A stretch of DNA of 64,000 bases from an uncultured Thermoleophilia bacterium (GTDB taxonomy: Bacteria; Actinomycetota; Thermoleophilia; UBA2241). The stretch is from the NCBI GenBank assembly GCA_963702475.1, contig CAVPCT010000009.1:64001-128000 (forward strand), given 5' to 3'. The position numbers were made by a program, and so were the translations under genes. Shown piece after piece: positions 41,998 to 52,564 of this stretch (position 1 is its first letter; each line of letters opens with the position of its first letter). A model generated the notes under the pieces. The model worked only from the letters and a program-made list of their open reading frames with translations, was not told the DNA's origin and searched no databases.

Positions 41998-44610
41998 TCA
42001 GACCTGCTGCGCGTCCGGCAGGCGCTCCACCTGGATCAGCGCGGTGTTGCACGCCTGCCCCGGCGAGGTGGGCGTGATGAAGCGCTTCGGCGTCAGGATG
42101 TTGATGCAGCCGGCGAGGTCGGGCGAATGCCCCGGCTCGCCGGCCGGCTCGTAGTCGGCGCACGACTCGTAGCAGTGCACCGTGCCGGGGCGCACGCGCT
42201 CGGTCACGTAGGCGGCCAGGAGCACCTCGCCGCGGTCGTTGAAGGCGCGCACGAGGTCGCCGTGGGCGACGCCGCGCGCCTCCGCGTCCTCGCTGTTCAG
42301 GCGGATGATCCAGTAGTGCCGCCCGTCGTCCTTGAGCAGGCGGTGTTCTTCGATGTCCACAGCCCATGCGTCCTTGCCGTCGCCGTGCGTGTGGAAGCTG
42401 AAGCGCGGGTGGGGCGAGAGCAGCTGCAGCGGGTACCTCGCCGTGAGGTCGGCCGTCCGGTGGCCCTCCCAGCTCTCGATGTACTGGGGGCCCATGGCCG
42501 GGCGCTCGTCATCGACCACCTCGCCGCTCTCGTAGAACCGTGTGAGGCTCGAGCTCACGAACTCGATCTTGCCGGTGGTGGTCTGCAGGCCCTTGCGGCC
42601 CACGGTGTCCCACGGCGGCGGGCCCCAGTCCGGGGTGTCGCGCTCGCGGTCCTCGGCGAACCAGCGCAATGCCGGCGTCGAGCGGTGCGGCTCCGGCACC
42701 GGGACCACGTAGTAGCCCTTCTCATAGAACTCGTCCCAGGAGATGCGCTCGGGCAGGTCGCTGGCCTCGAAGATGCGCTTCGCCCAGTCCAGCTCCGTCA
42801 GCCCGCCCTCGGTGTAGATGTTGCCGATGCCCAGCTTGCCGGCCAGGGCCGCGAAGATCTCGTAGTCGGAGCGGGACTCGGCCAGCGGCTCGATGCACTT
42901 CTTCTGCAGGACGATGATCCTGTGGTTGACCTGCTCGAACTTGTGCGTGCCGTAGCCCGAGGCGTGCGCCCAGTCGCCGATGTCCCAGCGCTCGAAGTTG
43001 GTGCAGGCCGGCAGCACGATGTCGGCGAAGCGGGTCTCGCCCTCCATCCAGATGGCCTGGCTGACCACCGTCGGGATCATGCCCTCGCGGTAGGCGGTCA
43101 CGTAGCGGTTGGTCTCGGTCATGGTGCCGATGAACGAGCCCCCGTAGCGGTAGTACATCTGCACGTGGGGATAGCCGGGGGCGGGGTACTCGTACTTCTG
43201 GAACTGCGACTCGATGGACGAGCCGCAGAAGCCCTTGCCGTGCCACTGCAGCTTCTCGTGGCGCATGGCCTCGGGGATGCGCAGGCGGGGCACCGTCTGG
43301 CCCTCGGTGGAGTGCTGCGGGTTGCTGAGGAAGCCGCCGTTGGGCCACATGCGGCTGGCGAGCTGCTTGCCGGCGGCCGTCCCCGCTACGTCCCCGGAGA
43401 TGCCGCCCTCGGCGTAGCCGGGGAAGAAGAAGTCGGTGTCGAACGGCACGCCGCTCGTGGTGGACCAGAGGTTCTGGCCGGGCTTGCCGAGGCCCTGCAT
43501 GGCGACCAGGGCGATCATGGCGCGCGCCCACTCGTTGCCGCTGGAGGCGCGGCAGGCGCCGCCCCAGCCGCCCTGGCCGCCGGCGGCGAGCATGGTCTTC
43601 TTGCACGCCCAGGCGCGCGCCAGCGCGCGGATCTGGCGCGCCGGCACGCCGCACTCGTCCGCGGCCCAGGCCGCGGTCTTCGGCGTGCCGTCGCTCTCGC
43701 CCAGCACGTAGGCCTTCCACTCGCCGAAGCCGTGCGTGTGCGTGTGCACGTACTCGACGTCGTAGGTGCCCTCCATGAGCCACGTGTGGGCGATGCCCAG
43801 GGCCAGCGCCACGTCGGTACCCAGCCGCGGCGCCAGCCACGTGTCGCCGAGCAGCGCCGCGGTGTGGTTGTGGTACGGGTCGATGAAGACCATCTGCACG
43901 CCGAGCTGCTTGAGCCAGTCACGCCGCGAGGTGCTCTCGAACGAGGCGTACACACCGCCGGTGGTCTCGGGGTCGGACGACCAGAACACCATCAGCTCGG
44001 TGTGCCTGAGGGCGTCCTCGAGCATGTCGTACTGCTCGGGGATGCCGAGGCGGTGGCTGAAGCCCCACATGTGGACGCCGCCCCATTGCCAACCTTCCCA
44101 GCTGTCGGGGTTGTGCTCGCCGTAGGTGTAGCCGACGAGGTTCATGAAGCGGTTGTAGGCGCTGAAGCGGTAGCCCACGTTGCCCCAGAGATGGTGGGAG
44201 CCCGGCGTGGTGAGCATGCCGGCCGGGCCGACCTCGCGCTTGATGCGGACGATCTCGGCGGCCACGATGTCCAGGGCCTCGTCCCAGCTGATGGGCTCGT
44301 AGCCGGACTCGCCGCGGGTGTGGATGTTGCGGGCGCCGTCCGGGTCCCAGTCGACGCGCTTGAGCGGCGTGAGGATGCGCGACGGCGAGTAGATCGTCGA
44401 GCGATGGGCGACCGTCCAGGGCGAGAGCGTCGTCTTGCGCGGCGGCGAGAACGAGCGGCCGCGCGCCTGGATGGTCCAGGACGGCGCGTCGCTCTCGTCG
44501 AGCTGCAGCGGGATGATGCGTCGGATACGGCCGTCGGCCACGTCCACGTGCACGGGTCCGCCGGTGGTCAGATTGGTGAGGCGCCGGACCTCGGAGGTCG
44601 TTGCGGTCAT
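41998..44610 (-). CDS. Mo-bisPGD oxidoreductase, pyrogallol transhydroxylase large subunit (AthL)-like, copy 1
   Basis: LTNLTTGGPV, SHHLWGNVGYR, HNPDSWEGW (Ser Mo ligand), FWSSDPET, GGWGGACR, FPGYAEGGISGD and PHPRFSFH motifs; no N-terminal FeS motif. Confidence 0.9.
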   Translation of the reverse strand: MTATTSEVRRLTNLTTGGPVHVDVADGRIRRIIPLQLDESDAPSWTIQARGRSFSPPRKTTLSPWTVAHRSTIYSPSRILTPLKRVDWDPDGARNIHTRGESGYEPISWDEALDIVAAEIVRIKREVGPAGMLTTPGSHHLWGNVGYRFSAYNRFMNLVGYTYGEHNPDSWEGWQWGGVHMWGFSHRLGIPEQYDMLEDALRHTELMVFWSSDPETTGGVYASFESTSRRDWLKQLGVQMVFIDPYHNHTAALLGDTWLAPRLGTDVALALGIAHTWLMEGTYDVEYVHTHTHGFGEWKAYVLGESDGTPKTAAWAADECGVPARQIRALARAWACKKTMLAAGGQGGWGGACRASSGNEWARAMIALVAMQGLGKPGQNLWSTTSGVPFDTDFFFPGYAEGGISGDVAGTAAGKQLASRMWPNGGFLSNPQHSTEGQTVPRLRIPEAMRHEKLQWHGKGFCGSSIESQFQKYEYPAPGYPHVQMYYRYGGSFIGTMTETNRYVTAYREGMIPTVVSQAIWMEGETRFADIVLPACTNFERWDIGDWAHASGYGTHKFEQVNHRIIVLQKKCIEPLAESRSDYEIFAALAGKLGIGNIYTEGGLTELDWAKRIFEASDLPERISWDEFYEKGYYVVPVPEPHRSTPALRWFAEDRERDTPDWGPPPWDTVGRKGLQTTTGKIEFVSSSLTRFYESGEVVDDERPAMGPQYIESWEGHRTADLTARYPLQLLSPHPRFSFHTHGDGKDAWAVDIEEHRLLKDDGRHYWIIRLNSEDAEARGVAHGDLVRAFNDRGEVLLAAYVTERVRPGTVHCYESCADYEPAGEPGHSPDLAGCINILTPKRFITPTSPGQACNTALIQVERLPDAQQV

Positions 44611-44801
44611 CGTGGGGTCACCGTCCAGATGTGGGGCGTCAGGGCCCGGTTCTACGACGGCGATTGTACCGCGTAGCGGAATGTCACGTCCACAATGCGG
44701 TCCGCTGCACGGAACGGTCGCAACGCCGGCGCGCCCGGCGCGCCCGACGGCCCTAGCCCGAGGCGACGGCACACTGAGGTGTCCTGTCCGGACCCTCCGC
44801 G

Positions 44802-44823
44802 TTGATAGCTCGAGAGCTATCAA
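44802..44823. promoter_or_regulatory. Perfect inverted repeat TTGATAGCTC-GA-GAGCTATCAA, candidate operator
   Basis: 10-bp arms, AT-rich island about 190 nt upstream of AthL-like copy 1. Confidence 0.6.
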
Positions 44824-45046
44824 GACCGAGTGTCCCGCGAGGTACTCCCTCACGCCCACGACGCGTCCGCGTCCGGGCCGTCGCACGGCCCGTGAGCGGC
44901 CCGGCCGGCGTCCGCTCCGGCAGGCTCGGCGCCGACACGCTCGGCGCGCCCGCCGGCAGCCCGTACGCGGCCCGGCCCGCGGCGCCTGAGGCGGCGGCGG
45001 CGCGGGCCGGGCGGAGCGGGCCGGGCAGGGGGAGGGCCCGGCCGCG

Positions 45047-47251
45047 TCAGGCTTTGCCGTATGTGGGCACCGTCCCGTAGTTCTCCGTGGTGAACACCTC
45101 GTCCTGCAGCTCCTCGGGCCTGGCCTTGTAGACCTTGCAGATGAGGCAGGTCATGTCCGGCGACCCGTACATGGGGTCGAGGTGGTCGTTGCTGGTGCAC
45201 ACGTTGGGGTTCGAGATGAACACGCCGTGGTACCCCTCTGCCGAGGCCTCGGGATAGAACCAGTTGGCGGTGCACATGATCATGCCCTTCTTGATCCCCG
45301 GGAACTCGTGCAGCTTCTGGCGGATGCGCCCGCGCTTGGTCTCGATCCAGATGATGTCGCCGTCTTCCACGTCGTACTTCTTCGCGGTCTCGGGGTGCAT
45401 CTGGCACTGCGGGAACTCCATGTAGCTGCGCAGCCAGGGGATGTTGCGGTACTGGCCCAGGAAGTAGAAGGGCTGGCGGAAGCCGGTGCTCATGACGACC
45501 GGGTACTCCTCGAAGAGCTCCGGCGTGCTCACCGGGCTCTCGCCCGGCTCGCGGAACACGGGCAGCGGGTCGTACCCGAGCGACTCCAGGTGCTTGGACC
45601 AGAACTCGAACTTCTTCGTGGGCGTCGGGAACCCGCCGCCCTCGTGCCAGTAGTCGGTCCTGTACTTGTAGTAGACCTGGTCGGGGCCCATGCACGCGCT
45701 GACGAGGTTCTGGCTGAAGTCCTTCCACTTCATGGTGCCGTCCATGCCCTTGCGCACCTGGTAGTCGAGCAGGTCGTCCGTGTTGTCGAACCACTTGTCG
45801 GTGACGCGCCGGCCGACCTCGTTGAAGATCCAGGCGTCCGACTTCGCCTCACCGGGCGGCTCGATGACCTTGTTGTGCGCCTCGATCATGAAACGCGGGT
45901 GCATGTCGTACACGTCGTCGAGCTCGAGCCAGTGGGCGGCCGGCAACACGATGTCGGCCGCCTCGGCCATCGGCCCCATGAAGAGGTCGGTGTGGCTCAT
46001 GAACTCGACCTTCTCGATGGCCGCCACGACCTCTTTGGTGTTGGCCATGTGCACGATCTGCTGGCCGCCGACGCTGAACCACACCCTGATCGGCGCCTCC
46101 CCGCGGTTGAGCGCCTTCACCATGGTGTCGGGGTTGCAGGTGCGGGCGGCGCCCATCTTGTACGTGTCGCCGCCGATGATGTGGCTCTTCATCTCGTCGG
46201 TGATCGGCAGCTCGAGGAAGAAGTCCTCGATGAGGCCGGTCTCGGGCAGCACCCACGTGATCATGCTGCCCGGCCTTTCGATGTTGCCGGTCAGGCCCAT
46301 GAGGCAGGTGATGGCGCGCAGCGTGTGGCCGCAGTTGGCCTGACGCTCCAGCGAGCTGCCCACCTGGATGCACCCCGGCGTGTCGACGGCCCATAGGCTC
46401 GGCGGCCTGCGTCACGTGTTCCCTGGGGATCCAGCAGATATCGGAGACCTTCTCCGGGCGTGAAGTCCCTGGCCCGCTCCCTGAGCTCGTCGAACCCATA
46501 GGTCCAGTTGTCGCACGAACTCCTTGTCCCAGAGCTCGTTCTCGATGATGTCGTTGATCATGCCCAGAGCCAGGGCGCAGTCGGTGCCCACCCGCGGCTG
46601 GATCCAGAGGGTGGCGCGCGAGGCGTAGGCGGACGCGCGCGGGTCGATGATGATCAGATTCTTGGCGTAGTCCAGCGAGTTCATGAACCAGTAGGCCATC
46701 TCGGAGTCGGCGCTGCTGATCTCCAGCTGCTTTGCCCACGAGATCTGGGTCTTGGGGAACTCGCCGCCCCAGCCGTGGTAATCGCAGTACAGGCGGCCGT
46801 AGCCCGTGACCAGGCCGTAGAGGCCGAGGCGTGGGCTGTGACACACGTAGCCGGGGGTGATGGCGTTGCCGGTGCCCAGCGAGCGCGCCATCTTCATGGT
46901 GTAGCGGTTGTAGCCGCGGCCGGTGCCCTGCGAGACGGCGATGGAGTGCGGGCCGGGGTCGGCGATCGCCGCCTTCATCTTGTCGGCGATGGTGTCGAGC
47001 GCCTCATCCCAGGTGATGCGCTCCCACTTGCCGCTGCCCTTGGGCCCGACGCGCTTCATCGGGTGCTTGATGCGGTACGGGTTGTCGATGTGCTGGATGC
47101 TCGAGAGACCCTTGGAGCACATGGTGCCCCGGGTGGTCGAGTCCGGGTTGCCCTGGATGTGGACGATGACGTCGTCTTCCAGAGTGACGATCACCCCACA
47201 GCCGCCGTGGCAGCTCTTGCACGTCGTCAGGACTTGCCTACGTTCACCCAT
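45047..47251 (-). CDS. Mo/W-bisPGD oxidoreductase catalytic subunit with N-terminal [4Fe-4S] (acetylene hydratase-like clade); frameshifts at about 46410-46500
   Basis: CKSCHGGC..C, RIKHPMKR, WDEALD, putative Cys ligand GYVCHSP, GTDCALALG, ADIVLPAAHWLE, TPTKKFE and HPETA motifs. Confidence 0.88.
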
Positions 47252-47281
47252 TGTCTCTCTCCTGACAGGTCGTGGCCGCCA

Positions 47282-48261
47282 TCACGCGACCTTCGGGAGG
47301 ACGGACCGGTAGATGCCGACCTTGAGCACCGAGTACTTCAGCGCGAACGCGCCGACGGTGTGGCCGATGATGGCCACGATGAGCAGGCCCTCGGTGTGGC
47401 TGCCCATGGCCAGCGTCGCGAACGAGATGACCAGCGGCGTGATGATGCCCAGGAGCACGAGCAGGATCCAGAAGACCCAGCTTCTGGCTGCCCTTGATGA
47501 GGTCGTTGGCCGCCACCTCGGCGGCGGAATGCCGCCGGTAGGCGCGGAGCAGGTACCCGGCGATGAGCAGGGCGTTGGCGATGAGGAAGATGCGGCTCCA
47601 CGTCTCGAGCGTGCCGATGACGATTCGTCGGCGCCGCCCGTGGCGAGGTTGACGCCCATGGCCAGCGCCAGGCCGTCGGCGAAGCCCATCAGCACGAACA
47701 CGAGAGGCAGCAGGCCGGTGTTCCAGAACTGCAGGCCCTTGCAGTAGCTCATGGCGAACCCGCAGTAGGCGCCGGTGAGCACCATGAAGACGCCGGCGAT
47801 GATGCCGGTGATCCACGAGAGCACCGACAGCGTGGACACGGCCGAGGCTCCCAGGTCGCCCCAGAGCAGGAAGCCCCAGAACACGAGCTGGAGGAAGCCG
47901 AACCCACGAAGATGGTCGTGAACACCACGCCGCGCGCCATCCACGACGTCTTCCACGCCTTGCTGAACGGCGGGAAGGCGCGCCAGAAGCGGAGCGGCTT
48001 GCCGAGGTAGAAGAGGTGCAGGGGGAACTTGAACAGGACGATCATGAGCCAGCCGGCGACGGTCGCCCAGAACGCCCAGGCGGTGATCTCCCAGGCGCCG
48101 GCGATGAGACCGACCAGGTAGGTGCCCATGCCGAGCGCCGAGAAGACCTCGGCCAGCCACACCATGAGGCCCTTGCCGGCGATCCACTCGGTCTGCCGCA
48201 TGGGCTTGACCATCCACTCGTGGGTGGTGATCCACTGGCGGCGGGTCTGGACCTTGGTCAT
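47282..48261 (-). CDS. NrfD/DmsC-type membrane anchor subunit; frameshifts
   Basis: Multiple hydrophobic segments; LGKPLRFWR, SWMARG and FWN motifs; lies between FeS and catalytic genes. Confidence 0.8.
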
Positions 48262-49049
48262 GACGTCACCTCCGCCTCGTCCGGGTCGCGGCCGTAGATG
48301 CGCCGGTAGGCGTCACGGTCGACGGTGCTGAGGTGCTGGAGGTGGCTGCCGGTCTGCGCCTCGCGCGGCGCCTTGTTCGACGGCGCGCCGCCCAGCTTGT
48401 AGTCGACGTACCACACCGACGGGTCGGTGGCGTACTCAGTGCGCAGCTGGAATCCCCCACGGTCGCGGATGAGCCGCGACACGTTGCTCTCGGGGTCGTC
48501 GAGGTCGCCGAACGTGAGGGCGCGCGCCTGGCAGGTGTTGACGCACGCCGGGGTGGCGTCCCTGTCGATGCCGGGCAAGAGCCCCCTGGACATGCCGTCG
48601 TCGATGCGCTCCGCGCAGAAGTTGCACTTCTCCGTGGTGCCGCGCTGGTGCGGGTAGAGCTTCTCTCCCGCCTTCTCGAACCTGGTCTTCTCGAAGCCGG
48701 GAAAGTACCCCGGGTCCTTGTCCTTGGAGACGAAGGTGCGGTTCTGGTACGGGCAGGCGATGACGCAGTACCGACAGCCGATGCACTTGTCGTGGTCGAT
48801 GACGACGATGCCGTCCTCGCGCTGGTGTGACGCCTCGGTGGGGCAGGCGTGCACGCACGGGGCGTCGGAGCACTGGTTGCAGCGCACCGGGTACGTGCTG
48901 ACGTCGACGGCGCCCTGCTCGTCCACCTCATAGGCGATGAGTTTCACCCAGGTGATGTGCAGCGGCAGGAAGTGCTCGATCCTGCACGCGGCCACGCAGG
49001 CGTGACAGCGCATGCACTTCGCCAGGTTGATGACCATTCCCCATCTCAT
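48258..49049 (-). CDS. Four-cluster [4Fe-4S] electron-transfer subunit (DmsB/NrfC/PadC-like)
   Basis: CMRCHACVAAC, CNQCSDAPCVHACP, CIGCRYCVIACP and KCNFC..PACVNTC motifs. Confidence 0.93.
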   Translation of the reverse strand: MRWGMVINLAKCMRCHACVAACRIEHFLPLHITWVKLIAYEVDEQGAVDVSTYPVRCNQCSDAPCVHACPTEASHQREDGIVVIDHDKCIGCRYCVIACPYQNRTFVSKDKDPGYFPGFEKTRFEKAGEKLYPHQRGTTEKCNFCAERIDDGMSRGLLPGIDRDATPACVNTCQARALTFGDLDDPESNVSRLIRDRGGFQLRTEYATDPSVWYVDYKLGGAPSNKAPREAQTGSHLQHLSTVDRDAYRRIYGRDPDEAEVTS

Positions 49050-49078
49050 GGGCAGTCTCCCGTGGTCGGGGTGCGGGC

Positions 49079-49888
49079 CTACCGCGTCAGGGGGACGTCG
49101 CCAAGGCTGACGTCCTTGTCGGTCTGGACTTCGCAGGTGGCCGGCGCGAACCCGTCCGCGGCGATGGTGACCGCGTACGTGCCTTCCTCGAGCCCGTGGA
49201 GCCAGAAGTCGCCGAACGCGTCGGTCTGCGTCGAGCACGACGCGCCGTCGGCCGCCGTGGCTGTGACGGTGGCGCCGACCACGACCTCCTTTTCGGCCGG
49301 GTCGTACACCGTGCCGGCGATGAACCTCTTCGGGACGTTGAGGTAGTACACCCGCGGCTTGGTGCCGGCCTCGGGCTTCTTGACCTGCGCCTGCGCGATG
49401 AGGTCGGCGAACTCGTCCTGGTCGCCGAACTTGAGCGCGCCGGTGGGGCAGGAGTCCACACAGCGCGGGGCCTCCCAGCCGCCGTCCAGCAGGTGGGCGC
49501 AGCCGGTGCACTTCTGCGCCAGGTTGAGGTCTTCGTTGAAGGAGATAGCGCGGTACGGGCAGGCATCGACGCAACTCCTGCAGCCGGTGCACCTGTCGGT
49601 GTCGATGACGACCAGGCCGTCGTCGCGCTTGTACATCGCGCCCTCGACCTTGCACGAGGCCATGCAGGGCGCCTCGTCGCAGTGGTTGCAGTGGTTGGCG
49701 ACGTAGTGCATGCGCACCTGCGGCACCTGGCCGCAGATGTGCTCGTCCACGCGCATCCAGAACTGGCCGTAGTCGGGTTGCGGTTTGGCGATGGGGGCCC
49801 AGTCGTTGCCCACGTGCTCGTCCTTGCAGGCGAACTGGCAGCCGAAGCAGCCGTTGCAGATGCCGACGTCCACGATGAACGCTTTCAT
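49079..49888 (-). CDS. Transhydroxylase small subunit (BthL)-like FeS protein with C-terminal beta-sandwich domain
   Basis: CNGCFGCQFACKDEH..NDW, CNHCDEAPC, KCTGCAH and PRCVDSCP motifs; C-terminal TDAFGDFWL..L..GTY domain. Confidence 0.88.
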   Translation of the reverse strand: MKAFIVDVGICNGCFGCQFACKDEHVGNDWAPIAKPQPDYGQFWMRVDEHICGQVPQVRMHYVANHCNHCDEAPCMASCKVEGAMYKRDDGLVVIDTDRCTGCRSCVDACPYRAISFNEDLNLAQKCTGCAHLLDGGWEAPRCVDSCPTGALKFGDQDEFADLIAQAQVKKPEAGTKPRVYYLNVPKRFIAGTVYDPAEKEVVVGATVTATAADGASCSTQTDAFGDFWLHGLEEGTYAVTIAADGFAPATCEVQTDKDVSLGDVPLTR

Positions 49889-52518
49889 CAGTCGTTACCT
49901 CCGTCGACCACCCAGCCGTTGAAGCGCAGACCGGCGCCGGGGTCGTACTCGCGGGCGAAGGCCTCGGGGTGCTCGGTGCGCCACTGCTCCCACTCCTCGG
50001 GCCTGATCTTCTGCACGTCCACGAGGTAGCCGCTGGTGGCCTGGCCGCAGGCGTTCTTGGACGTCAGGCCGTGCGGCGCGATGGTGTTGATTGCGCCGCC
50101 GCGGTCGACCTTGCCGGGGATGATGGGGTCGTGCCGGGCGCCGTGGTCGATGTACGTCACGCCCGGCATCATGCGCTCCCACACGCAGGCGCCGGCGAGC
50201 ACGATGCCGCGCTCGTTGAAGATCTTGACGATCTCGCCGTGCCTGATACCGCGCTCCTCGGCGTCCTTTGGGTTCAGCCACACGGGCTCGTAGTTGTAGT
50301 TGTCGGGACCCAGCACCTTGCCGGTCGGGGTCTCGCGCGCCCACGTACAGTCGTCGCCCTGGGCGTGCGTGCGCCAGCGCGGGTGGTTGCTCATGAGGAT
50401 GAGCGGGAACATGTCGGCGCGCTCGCTGGAGAGCCGCTCGTCGTGCGTGATGCCCTTCTCGATCCACTTGGGGATCCCGGGGCGCTCCTTGTCGTCGGGG
50501 AAGTGCGTGGCAAGGCGATCCGAGTAGAACTCCAGCAGGCCCGACGGGGTCTTGAGCGGGTTGTTCTCAGGGTCCTCGTAGAACCTGCGCAGGCCGGGCG
50601 GGTCCTGCTCCCAGTCCTTCGCAGTGGGGTAGACGATGTACTGCTTCTCCTTGAACTCCTCCCAGGTCATGTACTCGGGACCGTACATGCACTCGAAGAC
50701 CTCACGCTGCAGGTCCTCGTTGCTCTTGCCAAGGGTGAGCTTCTCCTTGTAGCCGAGCTTCTCGGCCACCGCGAGCACGATCTCATAGTCGCTCATGGAC
50801 TCGCCCACCGGCTCGATGGCCTTCTCCGTCAGCATGCAGGTCTGGTACGGGGGACCCTGGCGGACGTTGGTGAGGCAGTCGTCGACTTCCATGGTGGTGT
50901 TGGCCGGCAGGATGATGTCGGCGTAGAGGCAGTCGTTCTCGAGCCACGGGTGCTGCGCGACCATGAACTCGATGCTCGGGTCGCGGTGCGCCTCGATGGT
51001 CCAGTTGCCGTGGTTCCAGCAGGTGATGCGGCACGGCGTGTCGGTCCAGATCATGTGCAGGCGGCTGCCGCCCTCCTCTTCTGGCTCCGGGAACCGGTAG
51101 TCGATGAACTGGTCCTCGGTCTCGGCGTTCTGCGCGCCGGTGCCGGCGAAGTGGATGGTCTCCGGGTTGAGGATGGCCTCCTGGATGAGCGTCTTGGGGA
51201 CGTTCTGCGTGCCCCAGGCGTCCACGCTGCTGCGGACCGGCGTGCGCAGGTGCTCGCTGAGGGTGGGGTTGAAGTAGCGGAAGTTGTCGAGCGCCTCCGC
51301 GCGCGGCATGCCGAAGTAGGAGAACTGCCACTGGTGCACGCCGGGGCCGCCGAGGCCCTGCATGCCGAGCAGGATGCACTCCAGGCGGCCGGGTTCGTGG
51401 GAGTACGGGCCGCGGACCATGGAGCCGCCGAAGTAGTGCAGGATCGAGGTGCACTGCTTGGCGAACTCGCGGGCCAGCGCCTTGATGGTCCACTCGGGGA
51501 CGGCGGTCTTCTTCGCGGCCCACTCGGGCGTCTTGGGCACGCCGTCTTCTTCACCGAGCACGTAGGCCGCGACCTTCTCCATGCCGACGGCGTGGCTCGC
51601 GACGTACTCCTTGTCCCAGGTGTCTTCCTTGAGCCACACGTAGATGATGGCCAGCTGCAGGGCGGCGTCGGTGTTGGGCAGGATCGGGATCCACTTGTCG
51701 GCGTGCACCGCGGCGCCGAAGTTGAGCTCGGGGCAGATGTAGACCTGCTTGATGCCGACCTTGGTGAAGAAGTAGGAGATGTTGGTGGCGTTCTGGCCGG
51801 TGAAGCCCCAGGGCGTGGTCTCGTCGTCACAGCCCCACTTGAGGACGAGGTCGCAGTTCTCCACCACGTCCTTGAGGACGTTCAGCTGGGGCGCCATCAT
51901 GCCCTGGAAGCCGTGGCCCCAGACGTGCTTGGAACCCCAGTACCAGCCCTCCCAGCTGTCGGGCTGGCGGACCTGCAGGGTGAAGCCGCCCATCTCGTTC
52001 ATCAGGCGGCCGTTGTGGCCGTGCGGCGTGTGGATGGTCTTGCTCTCGCCGTGGCCGTCGGCCTGGAGGAGGATCGCGTTGAGCCCGTAGGTCTTCTGGA
52101 TGCGCCGGATCTCCGCGGCGATGATGTCGGTGGCCTCGTCCCACGAGATGCGCGCGTACTTGCTCACGCCGCGGTTCTGCGGGTTGCGCTCGCCGTTCGG
52201 GTCCCAGTCCACGCGCTTCAGCGGGTACTTGATGCGGTTGGGGGAGTAGGTGCGCTTCTTGTACGCCGTCATGTAGGGGGCCGGACGGGACCTGGATCCC
52301 GGCTCCAGCGTGTGGCCGTTGCGTTCGAGCTTCCACGGGCGGAAGGTCTCGGCGTCGTACTTCCAGTCGTACTGGAACGGCCGGATACGCACGATCTTGC
52401 CGTCCTTGACGTCGACCATGACCTCGCCGGTGCCGCCGAGGAGGCCGCCCTGCGACAAGGCCCGGAGGACGGTCTTGTCGGGGGTCACATCCACGTTCTT
52501 GCGCGAGTCCTCACTCAT
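49888..52518 (-). CDS. AthL-like Mo-bisPGD oxidoreductase, copy 2 (divergent)
   Basis: YSPNRIKYPLKRVDWDPNGERNPQNRG, QPDSWEGWYWG, DGVPKTPEWA, HPRWRTH and DRGGAIN motifs; ATG at 52518. Confidence 0.9.
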   Translation of the reverse strand: MSEDSRKNVDVTPDKTVLRALSQGGLLGGTGEVMVDVKDGKIVRIRPFQYDWKYDAETFRPWKLERNGHTLEPGSRSRPAPYMTAYKKRTYSPNRIKYPLKRVDWDPNGERNPQNRGVSKYARISWDEATDIIAAEIRRIQKTYGLNAILLQADGHGESKTIHTPHGHNGRLMNEMGGFTLQVRQPDSWEGWYWGSKHVWGHGFQGMMAPQLNVLKDVVENCDLVLKWGCDDETTPWGFTGQNATNISYFFTKVGIKQVYICPELNFGAAVHADKWIPILPNTDAALQLAIIYVWLKEDTWDKEYVASHAVGMEKVAAYVLGEEDGVPKTPEWAAKKTAVPEWTIKALAREFAKQCTSILHYFGGSMVRGPYSHEPGRLECILLGMQGLGGPGVHQWQFSYFGMPRAEALDNFRYFNPTLSEHLRTPVRSSVDAWGTQNVPKTLIQEAILNPETIHFAGTGAQNAETEDQFIDYRFPEPEEEGGSRLHMIWTDTPCRITCWNHGNWTIEAHRDPSIEFMVAQHPWLENDCLYADIILPANTTMEVDDCLTNVRQGPPYQTCMLTEKAIEPVGESMSDYEIVLAVAEKLGYKEKLTLGKSNEDLQREVFECMYGPEYMTWEEFKEKQYIVYPTAKDWEQDPPGLRRFYEDPENNPLKTPSGLLEFYSDRLATHFPDDKERPGIPKWIEKGITHDERLSSERADMFPLILMSNHPRWRTHAQGDDCTWARETPTGKVLGPDNYNYEPVWLNPKDAEERGIRHGEIVKIFNERGIVLAGACVWERMMPGVTYIDHGARHDPIIPGKVDRGGAINTIAPHGLTSKNACGQATSGYLVDVQKIRPEEWEQWRTEHPEAFAREYDPGAGLRFNGWVVDGGND

Positions 52519-52564
52519 CTCAATCGCTGTCCTTTCGCCAGTGTCGATGCCCCCCTGAACGGGC

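Noticed and set aside
47225-47251. Tat signal (ERRQVL) on the acetylene-hydratase-like subunit
   Set aside because: The RR is followed almost immediately by the FeS Cys motif, with no hydrophobic h-region or cleavage site
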